A stretch of DNA of 64,000 nucleotides, from assembly GCA_018830005.1 (NCBI GenBank), contig JAHJTE010000003.1:135674-199673 (forward strand), given 5' to 3'. Under the pieces are notes generated by a model. That model saw only the letters and a program-made list of their open reading frames with translations, was not told where the DNA came from and did not search any database. Position 1 is the first letter of the stretch; each line of letters starts with the position of its first letter. The DNA comes from Candidatus Omnitrophota bacterium (GTDB taxonomy: Bacteria > Omnitrophota > Gorgyraeia > JAHJTE01). Below are positions 35,937 through 45,076 of the stretch, in pieces. Position numbers and translations under genes: made by a program.

Positions 35937-38710
35937 TATTCCGTCCTCCAGAAGTCGAATTTTTGTTTTAATGCAAATTTGACAAAGGATTCGGCTATGC
36001 AGAGTTTGTCTTCTGATAATTTTTTTGCGTTGGCAAGGTCTTCTGGTGTTAAGTTGAAGTTGACCAAATCCTGATTAATCATTGGTTGCCCTTCTTGGGG
36101 GTGACCATTTGGAAATTCGATTAGGTTTCCGTCTTCATCGATTAGGTGCTCGTAGTCTCCAGAATTATTTTTACCACCCCGTTCACTCACAGCCATAAAA
36201 ATAGAATAGTCCAATTTCTTAGCAACTTCAGCGTCGATGTAGCGGTTTTTAAGTGTTCCAATAAGGTCACTATCTAATAACACAAGTTCCAGCTTTCCGC
36301 GAGTAGTTAGGGCTTTTAGTTCGTATTCTGCTTGAGGTATTGCTTTTTCCAACGCTTTAATTTCAGCTTTAAGTCGTTTCTGTTGACCTTTTATCTTTTC
36401 TTTAAGCTTTTTTTCTTCTGCCCTGCTATTTTCTTTTAGCTTTTTCTTTTCTGCGCTCAGCTCTCCATTGGTTCCTTTCCATCCTTTTTCTAATGCCTTT
36501 ATTTCAGTTTGTAATTTCAGTCTTACTGCTTCTATGTCCGATTCCGTGTCAGAAAGTTTTTGTTTGGCTTTAATTAGTTCGCTTTTTAACGAGTTGAGCT
36601 TTTCTTCGGCTTCCTCTTTTTTCTCTTCAATACTTAAGGGATTGACATCCTCTTCACTTTCCTTAACGTCTTCGACTTCGTTTTCTTCATTTGTTTCGTT
36701 AATATGGTCAGCTTCTTCCTGTTCACTAAAGGTTTCTAGTAATAAATCCGCAATTGCTTCAGGAATGACGTCTTCAGGTATATCCGTTGCTTTCTGATAT
36801 TTCTTAAGCAATGAATTAATGATTGCTTCGTAATCGGGGCAGGATGCGGCTATGGCCTGTTTTGCTTTTTCAATTTTTGCCAATTCGTCTTCAGTATATT
36901 TCTGCACGAATAGTACTGATGTTTTGGTGCCTGTATGAGGTTTAAAAGTATTCTGATGAAGTCCCACAACTGCTAAGAGTCGAGCCTTTCGGAGTATCCA
37001 TTCTCGAATAAATGCCAGTGATGAGTTGTTGAATTTTCCTTGCGGAAGGACAATTCCTGCGCGCCCTCCCGGTCTTAAAAATTTCAGTATTCGTTCAATG
37101 AATAGAACGTCTCGTTCTTCCTTTGCTTGCTTGTCTTTAGCTCTCTTGAGCGCTGGTTTTGCGAGGTCATAGTGAGCAAGCATTTTCTTGTCTTTCATTT
37201 CTCCTGCAAATGGGGGATTTGCAAGGACGACATCAAACTTTAATTCGTCAAAGTATTTCCATGCGAGGTCTTCTTCTTTAAGAAGATTTGATTCATCTTG
37301 AGCTATTAATCTATTTTTAAGTAGTTTGGCGTCTTTGAGGCCTTGCATGAGTTTTTGGCCTGATTGTGTGCTGTACCATGTTTTTGGGTCTAGACTATTT
37401 ACGTCTGGTCCAAAGATATTGGTGTGACCGTCGCCAGCGATGAGCATTAATGCACGTGATGTCTTTGCGGCTCGCATTTCGAAATCGATTCCCCAAAGGT
37501 ATTTTGATGCATAACGGTGTTTGCGGAGTTCGCGCTGTGCAGTGCCGGCTGCTGGATAGCACCATTCCATAGCGTGGATTAGAAATCCTCCTGAACCACA
37601 TGCGGGATCCATGACGTATTCGTCTTTTTTTGGATTGAGCATTCGAACACACATTTCAACGACGTGCCGTGGCGTGAAAAATTGTCCTTTTTTCTTTTTT
37701 GCTTCTGTCGGTAGCAAGTATTCAAAAGCGTCATCCATAATCCTGAGGTTTGAGCCTAGTAGTCTTACCCCTTCAATGGGACCTACGCAAACTTGCAGGT
37801 GGTCTTTTCGAAGTTTAATATCCTCGTTTTCGTCAAATATGCCTGGCCATTCTTCACTTGATTTATGGAATAGTTTATTGATGCGGTCATAGGTTATTTC
37901 TGGGTCTATTGACTTCCTGAATTCGACTTCTTGATTCCTTCTTTTGGGGTTTTCTACGGCTTCTTTTTCATCCCATATCTTAGCGAAAATAAGTTTAAAT
38001 ATTTCGTTGAATTCGTCGACTCCGCTGTCTGCCAAAACAAGTTCTTCCAAATCTTGAACTATTTTTTTGAAATTAAAACTCTTTTTGAGGTGGGCTAATG
38101 TTTTCTTTGCTTCAAGTACATCTTTTGGTTCCTGGCCTCTGCGAGGTATGTCAAATAGGGTGTCGTCAAATTCTTTTGGATATGGACGATATAGTATGAT
38201 ACTGTCGCTTCCATTCGACCATACACCAACGGGTGAGCCTTCAGCATTTAAATAACTCTTAAGCTGTTCAATTCCGTCTTTGCGTTTTGGCTTTTTAACT
38301 TCAACTATAATTTTGGGTGTTTGCTTTGTTGAATCAGTATAAACGATGATGTCGGCAGCTTTCGTGTTAACTTCAGTCCCAAATTGAACGGACTTTTCCA
38401 GCTCTATCTCTTCTGGTTTATATTCATAGGAATATATGAGCTTGTACACCCAAAGCTGCCTTACTATTTCTTCAGGATGGGATTTGCCATCAGCTGAATA
38501 AACAAGAACTTCTTCTTTGCCTGAAGAAAAGGGTATCATGCTTTTAACATAATATTTTGTTTTTCCTGCCTCGCGCCCTGATTCGACTACTTTAGGGTAA
38601 ATCTTGATTATTTCGTGTATTGGTTTTTCTAAATTCTCAAATTCTGTTAATTCATACTGAGTTTTAGGATCTTTAAAAACCTTATCTAGCACTTCTTTTG
38701 TGTTCATCAT
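35936..38710 (-). CDS. restriction endonuclease-N6 adenine methyltransferase fusion (HsdR_N + N6_Mtase)
   Basis: PEEIVRQ..ADIIVY..IIVEVK nuclease; GQFFTPR, DPACGSGGFL, ANPPF; acidic coiled-coil insert. Confidence 0.9.
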   Translation of the reverse strand: MMNTKEVLDKVFKDPKTQYELTEFENLEKPIHEIIKIYPKVVESGREAGKTKYYVKSMIPFSSGKEEVLVYSADGKSHPEEIVRQLWVYKLIYSYEYKPEEIELEKSVQFGTEVNTKAADIIVYTDSTKQTPKIIVEVKKPKRKDGIEQLKSYLNAEGSPVGVWSNGSDSIILYRPYPKEFDDTLFDIPRRGQEPKDVLEAKKTLAHLKKSFNFKKIVQDLEELVLADSGVDEFNEIFKLIFAKIWDEKEAVENPKRRNQEVEFRKSIDPEITYDRINKLFHKSSEEWPGIFDENEDIKLRKDHLQVCVGPIEGVRLLGSNLRIMDDAFEYLLPTEAKKKKGQFFTPRHVVEMCVRMLNPKKDEYVMDPACGSGGFLIHAMEWCYPAAGTAQRELRKHRYASKYLWGIDFEMRAAKTSRALMLIAGDGHTNIFGPDVNSLDPKTWYSTQSGQKLMQGLKDAKLLKNRLIAQDESNLLKEEDLAWKYFDELKFDVVLANPPFAGEMKDKKMLAHYDLAKPALKRAKDKQAKEERDVLFIERILKFLRPGGRAGIVLPQGKFNNSSLAFIREWILRKARLLAVVGLHQNTFKPHTGTKTSVLFVQKYTEDELAKIEKAKQAIAASCPDYEAIINSLLKKYQKATDIPEDVIPEAIADLLLETFSEQEEADHINETNEENEVEDVKESEEDVNPLSIEEKKEEAEEKLNSLKSELIKAKQKLSDTESDIEAVRLKLQTEIKALEKGWKGTNGELSAEKKKLKENSRAEEKKLKEKIKGQQKRLKAEIKALEKAIPQAEYELKALTTRGKLELVLLDSDLIGTLKNRYIDAEVAKKLDYSIFMAVSERGGKNNSGDYEHLIDEDGNLIEFPNGHPQEGQPMINQDLVNFNLTPEDLANAKKLSEDKLCIAESFVKFALKQKFDFWRTE

Positions 38711-38829
38711 AAATCAACCTCTTTGTATATCGTGTGTTATATTTACTCGCCTCTCACTTATTAATAGCTATAAATTATTTCAGCATTAATAAACTTTGGC
38801 AGTGTTTGTAGCCTTTCTTAATATTTCTT

Positions 38830-40398
38830 CTATAACTGTAATTTGAAAAGTTTCTTTAGTACTTTCTGCACGGTTTCTTGATAATCTTCAATTTGGCGTT
38901 CATCAATTCCTACTGTGGCGCGTTCATGAATTAGTTTACATCGCAATCCGTAGTAGTGGTTAATCTTTTTCCAGAGTTTCTCGCTAATCTTGACGTATTT
39001 TTTTATTTCTTTCTCAACTTTATGCCTTGCATTAAACAGGTCTAACAATTCTCTGTCCGTATAGTGATGTCTCGATTCATTGACCAAATACTCTTTAAAT
39101 GCGATTTCTAGGGTGCTATCTAATAATATCAGGCAGATGCGGTTCTTTTGCTCTAGCTTTTGATGATAGATGATATCTACAGCAATCATTCCTTCATAAA
39201 GACCGCTTGTCCAAGGTTTATCCTTTGCAATCTTTCGATTAGCTTGCTTAATAATGTCACTATATCTTAAGTTGGCTTTAGGCAAAGGGGGGAGATATGA
39301 CCTTTTTGCCTCCGGAAAATTGTCTATCTTCTTTGCCACAATATGTCCGGAAGGATATTTAAAAACTTTGTCTGACCAGTCGCCCTCCCATCTCCTAGAA
39401 AGTGACGCAAAATCTTTCACAACCTGAACAAGCCAACCACGCAACGCAACAAAAATTGGATGATTTTGATTAATCCCTGACTTACTGCTATTCCATGGCA
39501 TTAAGTCAGCCTCTCCTTTAAGCGAAACAATGACTCTGGTGAGGGAAATGCTGGGATGCGGTCGTCCTGCTAATCCTTTTGTAAAACCAACTTCATAATT
39601 TTTGAGAGCTTTCGCAATTAATCGGTCATTACAGTAGAAGTAGACCCCATACTCACCACTAGCAGGACTTGACTCCATGCTGAGACCAGCAAGAACCTCA
39701 ACTTTAACAACCTTACCTTCTGCGCTTGGTAAATCACCATGATACCTATGTGGTAAATACTCCGGAGGGTATGCCCAATTTTCAAAGATATGTGGTTTTA
39801 AAACGTCTGCATTAAGCTGAATTTTTAACTGCTTATTAAATAAAAATTTGGCGTAGGTAGCTTCTAAATGCTCTCTAAGGTATTTGAGACTACCATCGGT
39901 TATTACAAAACGAAGTTTATGAAGTTCAATTCTAGTAGTTCCTTCAGTTATCTGATCAACCTCATAAACAGGTAGCTCCCAATCATCATTATCAAGCCAA
40001 GTTTCATCAAATTCTATACTATAAGTTTTTTCTTTAGCATACCGAGTTATTATTCGTATATCCTGAGACAAAGCTACAACCGCCCTTTTGCTTCCAACTC
40101 CAAAAATCCCTATTGTCTCATCTGTTGGCAAATTACTAGTCTGCCCGGGCCCAACAATTAAATTAAGTTCGGATTTCTTAATTCCCCCGGCACTATCAGA
40201 AACATTAATCAACTGCCTGTCTTTATCAATATCTATATGGATTTCTAAAGACCTCTTTCTGCCGATTTTCACCCATATATCAAGGGCATTATCAATTAGC
40301 TCACAAATGGAGCGATTAAGGTCATAATCCGCAATAATGGAAAGAAATATCCTTTTAGAAGGGACAGCATCTATCGTATCTACTTCTTTCTTTACCAA
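38830..40398 (-). CDS. MORC/GHKL ATPase with C-terminal HEPN-like domain
   Basis: ELIDNALD, DSAGGI, IGIFGVGSK, GTTRI; C-terminal ILLDSTLE...LRCKLIH. Confidence 0.8.
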   Translation of the reverse strand: MVKKEVDTIDAVPSKRIFLSIIADYDLNRSICELIDNALDIWVKIGRKRSLEIHIDIDKDRQLINVSDSAGGIKKSELNLIVGPGQTSNLPTDETIGIFGVGSKRAVVALSQDIRIITRYAKEKTYSIEFDETWLDNDDWELPVYEVDQITEGTTRIELHKLRFVITDGSLKYLREHLEATYAKFLFNKQLKIQLNADVLKPHIFENWAYPPEYLPHRYHGDLPSAEGKVVKVEVLAGLSMESSPASGEYGVYFYCNDRLIAKALKNYEVGFTKGLAGRPHPSISLTRVIVSLKGEADLMPWNSSKSGINQNHPIFVALRGWLVQVVKDFASLSRRWEGDWSDKVFKYPSGHIVAKKIDNFPEAKRSYLPPLPKANLRYSDIIKQANRKIAKDKPWTSGLYEGMIAVDIIYHQKLEQKNRICLILLDSTLEIAFKEYLVNESRHHYTDRELLDLFNARHKVEKEIKKYVKISEKLWKKINHYYGLRCKLIHERATVGIDERQIEDYQETVQKVLKKLFKLQL

Positions 40399-40407
40399 AT
40401 TAACCCC

Positions 40408-40590
40408 CTATGAAACAATGTTACTCCTGCTCTTAATAAAGCTTTCCAAGTCCTCGGGATAAACCCGCCACCTGCCAATCTTTGTTGCCTTTATCTGCTT
40501 GGCCTTGATTAGGTCGCGCACCCATTTCTCGGTTACGTCCAGTTTCTTAGAGACTTGTTTTACTGTGAAATATTTTTTTAGGTCATCCAT
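40408..40590 (-). CDS. excisionase-like HTH_17 protein
   Basis: YFTVKQVSKKLDVTEKWVRDLIK...ATKIGRWRV. Confidence 0.8.
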   Translation of the reverse strand: MDDLKKYFTVKQVSKKLDVTEKWVRDLIKAKQIKATKIGRWRVYPEDLESFIKSRSNIVS

Positions 40591-40687
40591 AGCTTTGTGG
40601 CTCCGGAATTGAGGCAGATTATGAGATATTGACGACTTATCTTTACTTATTATTACTTCCTATTGTACAGGAAGCGCTTTAAAAGTC

Positions 40688-40715
40688 AACAGAATACTGA
40701 AAACAGAATACTGAA
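40688..40715 (+). repeat. 14-bp tandem duplication
   Basis: AACAGAATACTGAA x2 upstream of the excisionase-like gene. Confidence 0.7.
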
Positions 40716-41140
40716 AACACGATTTGCTATTTGTTTCTATAGCTTCATTTATATAATACCACACCCAGAAACAAACCCAACCAATCACAAATCAAGCACT
40801 TACGCAGTAGAAACAAATCTACCACCGTAGAAACAATACCCACCACCAACATCGCCCCCAAAAATAAACCCATATAATAAAAAGGGGCAACACACAAAAC
40901 GCCTTCAAGCCCATAAGGCAAACAAGCACCAACCCAAAAAAGGCTACATCACCCCAGCCCCCCTAGAATAATGCCATATAAGATAAAGGGGGCACATCTA
41001 AACGCCCACCCAAAAATAAAACTCCACATAAAAACAAGGAGGGCCAAGAATACAGCGCCAGCAAGCCGAAAGGCAATACAGCGCATCCAGACCACCAAAC
41101 AAAAAAGAAGAAACAATGAAAGGAAAAAAAGGAAGCAAAC

Positions 41141-41407
41141 CTAAATCAAAAGCTCCTCCTCCTTAAGAACCAACCTCGAAACCTCCCTGAACTCCGCCTG
41201 CTCAGCCAACCCAACCAGCTCAGCCTTCAGAAGCTCCTGCTCCCACCCCGTGAGAACCGCACATACACCGTATGACGCCAGGACACCCTGCAAATCATCC
41301 AAGACATCCTCAACATCAAACCAGACATCAAACTGCCTCACATACTCCACGACACGATACACCAGCCACGAACCAGACTCACTGACAACTTTGTCTTTAC
41401 ACATATC
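41141..41407 (-). CDS. hypothetical protein
   Basis: GGAGGTG SD before MCKDKV; acidic, about 88 aa. Confidence 0.5.
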   Translation of the reverse strand, partial: DMCKDKVVSESGSWLVYRVVEYVRQFDVWFDVEDVLDDLQGVLASYGVCAVLTGWEQELLKAELVGLAEQAEFREVSRLVLKEEELLI

Positions 41408-41616
41408 GAACACCTCCGAATTTCTTTTTTATAGCGCCAGCTATTAGAAAAAAGAAATGGAGGACACCCAACCAAACAAAAGCCACCACAAACTATGTAA
41501 TGTTTTAGACGGCCCCTAAGGGAAAAGGTTTAGGAACGGATTTTGCGAACGAGCAAAAGCCTCCATAAACCTTTAGGCGTGAAAAAAACACAAGAAATCA
41601 GACACAGAAAAAAAGA

Positions 41617-41796
41617 TTAAAACAGAAAAGAAAAATACTCCTGCATCTCACCCAGAAGCTGCTTTCCCTGCTCACTTTCAAATTCAACAAACTCAATCTC
41701 TTTCCGTTCATAATCCACTTTCCTAAACTGCATAAGCACAGCATCAACAGTGAAACCCCTAAAAGTCGGCAACTGAAACGGAACATTTTGTAACAT
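41617..41796 (-). CDS. hypothetical protein
   Basis: LPTFRGFTVD..L.QFRKV......IEFVEFESEQGKQLL. Confidence 0.55.
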   Translation of the reverse strand: MLQNVPFQLPTFRGFTVDAVLMQFRKVDYERKEIEFVEFESEQGKQLLGEMQEYFSFLF

Positions 41797-41829
41797 CCTC
41801 AACACCTCCAAGCAAAAAAAGAGGGGGAT

Positions 41830-42102
41830 TCACCCCTCAACATCACCGTCCTGCTCTCCCTCCTTCAGCACCAAGTACTCAAACGCCTTCTCGAGAACAA
41901 GAACAGCCTTGGGCAAATCATTCACTCCTAAAGAACTCGAACTCTGCCAATCACCATTGTTATCCTTGTAACGCCTCTGCAACGTCACAGAACAATACTC
42001 AACATCTTTGCCCTTAATGTTCCTGGCATTCTTCCAGACAGTAGCACTTATAGCTCCTGTGCTAAACTTCTTCTCAGGCTTGTTTCCATCTCCCATTTTC
42101 AT
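41830..42102 (-). CDS. PC4-like putative ssDNA-binding protein
   Basis: KPEKKFSTGAISATVWKN...SVTLQRRYKDNNGDWQSSSSLGVNDLPKA. Confidence 0.65.
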   Translation of the reverse strand: MKMGDGNKPEKKFSTGAISATVWKNARNIKGKDVEYCSVTLQRRYKDNNGDWQSSSSLGVNDLPKAVLVLEKAFEYLVLKEGEQDGDVEG

Positions 42103-42220
42103 AAACTCCATTCCAGCTCTTCTAAACGAGAGCAAGAATTTTATTTCTGCCAAGAAATAATAAAATTCGTGCGACAAAACTTAAAAAGGAAAAAATAATT
42201 AGAAAAAAGGAATAAGGCAA

Positions 42221-42514
42221 TCAGTACCGGGAATAATACCGTTTATCTGACAGAAGCTTCTTCTCAACACTGCCAACACCTTCAGCTTGGCGGGAACCGG
42301 CCTTGCACTCATCAATAATCTTATCAATAGTGTCGCCCCTCAAGTCAGCCAAGCTAGTGTTCGGCAGCCGAAGACACATCTCCTCAGATATTGAATACGT
42401 CTGCCTCGCATAAACGATACCGCTACCATAAGAACTACTGGAATCGCCAACAGGAATCCTCCTGATGCGAGTAACTTTCTTCTTCCGCCACACCCTCAAC
42501 AACGCGTCAGTCAT
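42221..42514 (-). CDS. hypothetical protein
   Basis: 97 aa, coupled to the upstream ORF. Confidence 0.5.
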   Translation of the reverse strand: MTDALLRVWRKKKVTRIRRIPVGDSSSSYGSGIVYARQTYSISEEMCLRLPNTSLADLRGDTIDKIIDECKAGSRQAEGVGSVEKKLLSDKRYYSRY

Positions 42515-42795
42515 CTATAGCCACCTCGATAATCAGGGCCATCATAAAGATTAACAGGAACGTCAGCACACCTCATAGTCTTCTCAGCTTCTTTCCAGGC
42601 ACCTTTCAGCAAACTGTCAAAATAACTGGCAGGATCCCACGCAATCCTATTATCCTCAGACTCCTTCAGCCAAGCATCAAGGTCAACAATATTCCTCAAA
42701 ATGTCATAATCCCCATTAGGAAAAACCCTGGCGTAAACCACGCCAGGCCTTTCCAACTCCTTCACGGAATGTTTTACACAGTCATTAATCCCCAT
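42511..42795 (-). CDS. hypothetical protein
   Basis: 94 aa; TTTTTAAG box 23 nt upstream. Confidence 0.5.
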   Translation of the reverse strand: MGINDCVKHSVKELERPGVVYARVFPNGDYDILRNIVDLDAWLKESEDNRIAWDPASYFDSLLKGAWKEAEKTMRCADVPVNLYDGPDYRGGYR

Positions 42796-42910
42796 GGCAC
42801 CAAAAAAACAAGAACATGCTTAAAAAGGTTACGAAAGAAAATCCGAAAGATTTATGCACAAAAACAATAAGCCTTAAATATCCCGCTAGTATTTCAGGAA
42901 ATATTAGAAA

Positions 42911-43324
42911 ATGTATAAGAAAAGCAATTACGGCATAGGATTTTCGCCACTAGAAAAAGCAACCTACAGTGTTGGACTTAGAGCATACGCTCCGGAATTA
43001 CAGAGTCAAGAACTCTTATTTGCTAGAGTCAAGAATCCGCAGGCATACGAGTCAATCCTAGCAAAACACTACAACAAATTTTTGGACTACATAAAAGGCA
43101 TGACAAGATACAACCCAACCAGCAACACGGAAGAGACAAGCACGCTGGAAAAAAACATCACAAACTACCATTCCGACATCAAAGACAAGAAGCAAATAGA
43201 CCCGCGAACTCATTACGCATTCCCCCTCGGCCCAGAAGCAGCAATAATCGTAGACATCGGACTAAACCCAACCGGACTAAAAACAAACAGCCTCGGCAAT
43301 ATAGAACAAATTCGACTTAAATAA
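42911..43324 (+). CDS. hypothetical protein
   Basis: 137 aa; CTTAAATA box upstream. Confidence 0.5.
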   Translation: MYKKSNYGIGFSPLEKATYSVGLRAYAPELQSQELLFARVKNPQAYESILAKHYNKFLDYIKGMTRYNPTSNTEETSTLEKNITNYHSDIKDKKQIDPRTHYAFPLGPEAAIIVDIGLNPTGLKTNSLGNIEQIRLK

Positions 43325-43448
43325 TAAAGCAAGTTTCTTTTTCTACCCGAAACTGAATTACAAACCCGATTGCGCACTAAGAACGGTCTGGATACCCGCG
43401 AGAAGATGTGGTATCATAATAGCCAAAATATAAAAGTGGACAAAAGAT

Positions 43449-43745
43449 ATGCCTGACTATTACGATAAATATTCATATTTAGAAAAAGCTTTCAAAAACG
43501 ACACTCGCTCATTAGATCTCCTATACGAATTCCACGACAAGTCACTAGACTACTTCAAATGTACACTAAAAACAAAATTCGACTATATCAAAGAACAGGA
43601 ACTCCTTGATAAGATAGAAATATCCATCGGCAACTTGAACGATTATATTCGGCAAACCAACATAGCAATAAAACAGCTGCCAACGCCAAACAAACCCGGC
43701 AAAATAATGCGTTTCACGCAAGAATGTTATCGGCAGGAAGAATAA
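43449..43745 (+). CDS. hypothetical protein
   Basis: 98 aa, first gene of the ECF cluster. Confidence 0.5.
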   Translation: MPDYYDKYSYLEKAFKNDTRSLDLLYEFHDKSLDYFKCTLKTKFDYIKEQELLDKIEISIGNLNDYIRQTNIAIKQLPTPNKPGKIMRFTQECYRQEE

Positions 43746-43757
43746 AAGGGATTCCGT

Positions 43758-44360
43758 ATGGAAGAATCGCAATACGCTAAAGACTACGAATTTGCTCAAC
43801 ACTGCATAAAAAACAGTGACTTTGATGAATTCTACAAACGCTACAAAGCAAACATAGAAAAAACTATTAAAAAAAGATTGTACGGAGAAATGGCAACCTA
43901 CCTAGAAGACATAAGCCAAGAAATCATAATGTACCTACTCTACAAAGGCGGACTTGGAAAATATCAAGGCAGATCTCGACTAAGTACATGGCTGTTCGTA
44001 GTAGTAAGGGGACGCACCATAGACTTCATCAGAAACATCACGAGACACAAAGAATCATCATATGACCCGGTAGTACTTAATGGCAAAGCAAAAAAAGACA
44101 GGTCAGTAACTCGCAAACTCATAGAAGAAGAAACCACAAGCCTTGTCTGGAAAACACTAAAAGAAATGCGAGATACGTGGAATCTTCAAAAAACGGTATT
44201 TATGGAAAAACACCACCTCGAACGACTCACATATAAACAAATCGGGCAGATGTTCAACATAAAACAGACAACAGTATACAACCACATACTCAAAGCAGAA
44301 GATAAGTTTAGAGAACTGTTTAGCGACCTAAATCCGGATTACGAGGAGGAACAAATATGA
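43758..44360 (+). CDS. ECF sigma-70 factor
   Basis: EDISQEI, YQGRSRLSTWLFVV...IDFIR (region 2); LTYKQIGQMFNIKQTTVYNHI (region 4). Confidence 0.88.
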   Translation: MEESQYAKDYEFAQHCIKNSDFDEFYKRYKANIEKTIKKRLYGEMATYLEDISQEIIMYLLYKGGLGKYQGRSRLSTWLFVVVRGRTIDFIRNITRHKESSYDPVVLNGKAKKDRSVTRKLIEEETTSLVWKTLKEMRDTWNLQKTVFMEKHHLERLTYKQIGQMFNIKQTTVYNHILKAEDKFRELFSDLNPDYEEEQI

Positions 44361-45070
44361 ATAAATTATGCAAAATAAGCGGGCACCTCATACGATTCTA
44401 CCCCCATCTCCCCGAGAAGCTAATGCAACACATTCACAGCTGTGCGGAATGCAGCGAAAAACTAAAAACAATAAAGCTATTTGCAAAACTGCAAGGAGAC
44501 AAACCAGACTACGCCAAGATAGAAAAAGCACCCACCTGCCCCGATGACAACACCTTCGCAGCACTCCTTGACGGACAACTTCAAGGGAAAGAATTGCAAA
44601 AAATGGAAAGCCACCTCCTCAACTGCGCCCAGTGCTTCCACATAGCCGCAGAATACATCAAAGAACACCAACCAGCAACAGAAACCATAGAGCAACTGCT
44701 GGCAGATGCAGAACCAAGCCTTGAGGCAGCAGCTCTCTTGGACAAAGTTCGCGGGCTAAGCGAAGCATTCATCAACAAGTATTATCCGGCTATGCAGGAA
44801 TGGTTTGATGGCGCATTCGGAGCGATAAGAGAAAGTATCTTGGCAGGAGAACAACTGGCAACAGTTCCAGTAAGGGGAATGGGTTTCTCTCAGAATAAGC
44901 AACAAATAATTGCGAAGACAGTGCTGATAATGCAGGAAGTCCTCAAAGAAGCCAAGCCGGACTGGACACGCGAGCAATACAAGAAATGTATCGAAAAACA
45001 GTGCAAAAAACTCAAGGCCGACAGAAAACTGAAAAACGCTCTACTGGAATATTGTGAGCACCTTAAATAA
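44357..45070 (+). CDS. anti-sigma factor with two zf-HC2 motifs
   Basis: HIHSCAEC and CPD...HLLNCAQC; overlaps the sigma stop. Confidence 0.8.
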   Translation: MNKLCKISGHLIRFYPHLPEKLMQHIHSCAECSEKLKTIKLFAKLQGDKPDYAKIEKAPTCPDDNTFAALLDGQLQGKELQKMESHLLNCAQCFHIAAEYIKEHQPATETIEQLLADAEPSLEAAALLDKVRGLSEAFINKYYPAMQEWFDGAFGAIRESILAGEQLATVPVRGMGFSQNKQQIIAKTVLIMQEVLKEAKPDWTREQYKKCIEKQCKKLKADRKLKNALLEYCEHLK

Positions 45071-45076
45071 AAAACC

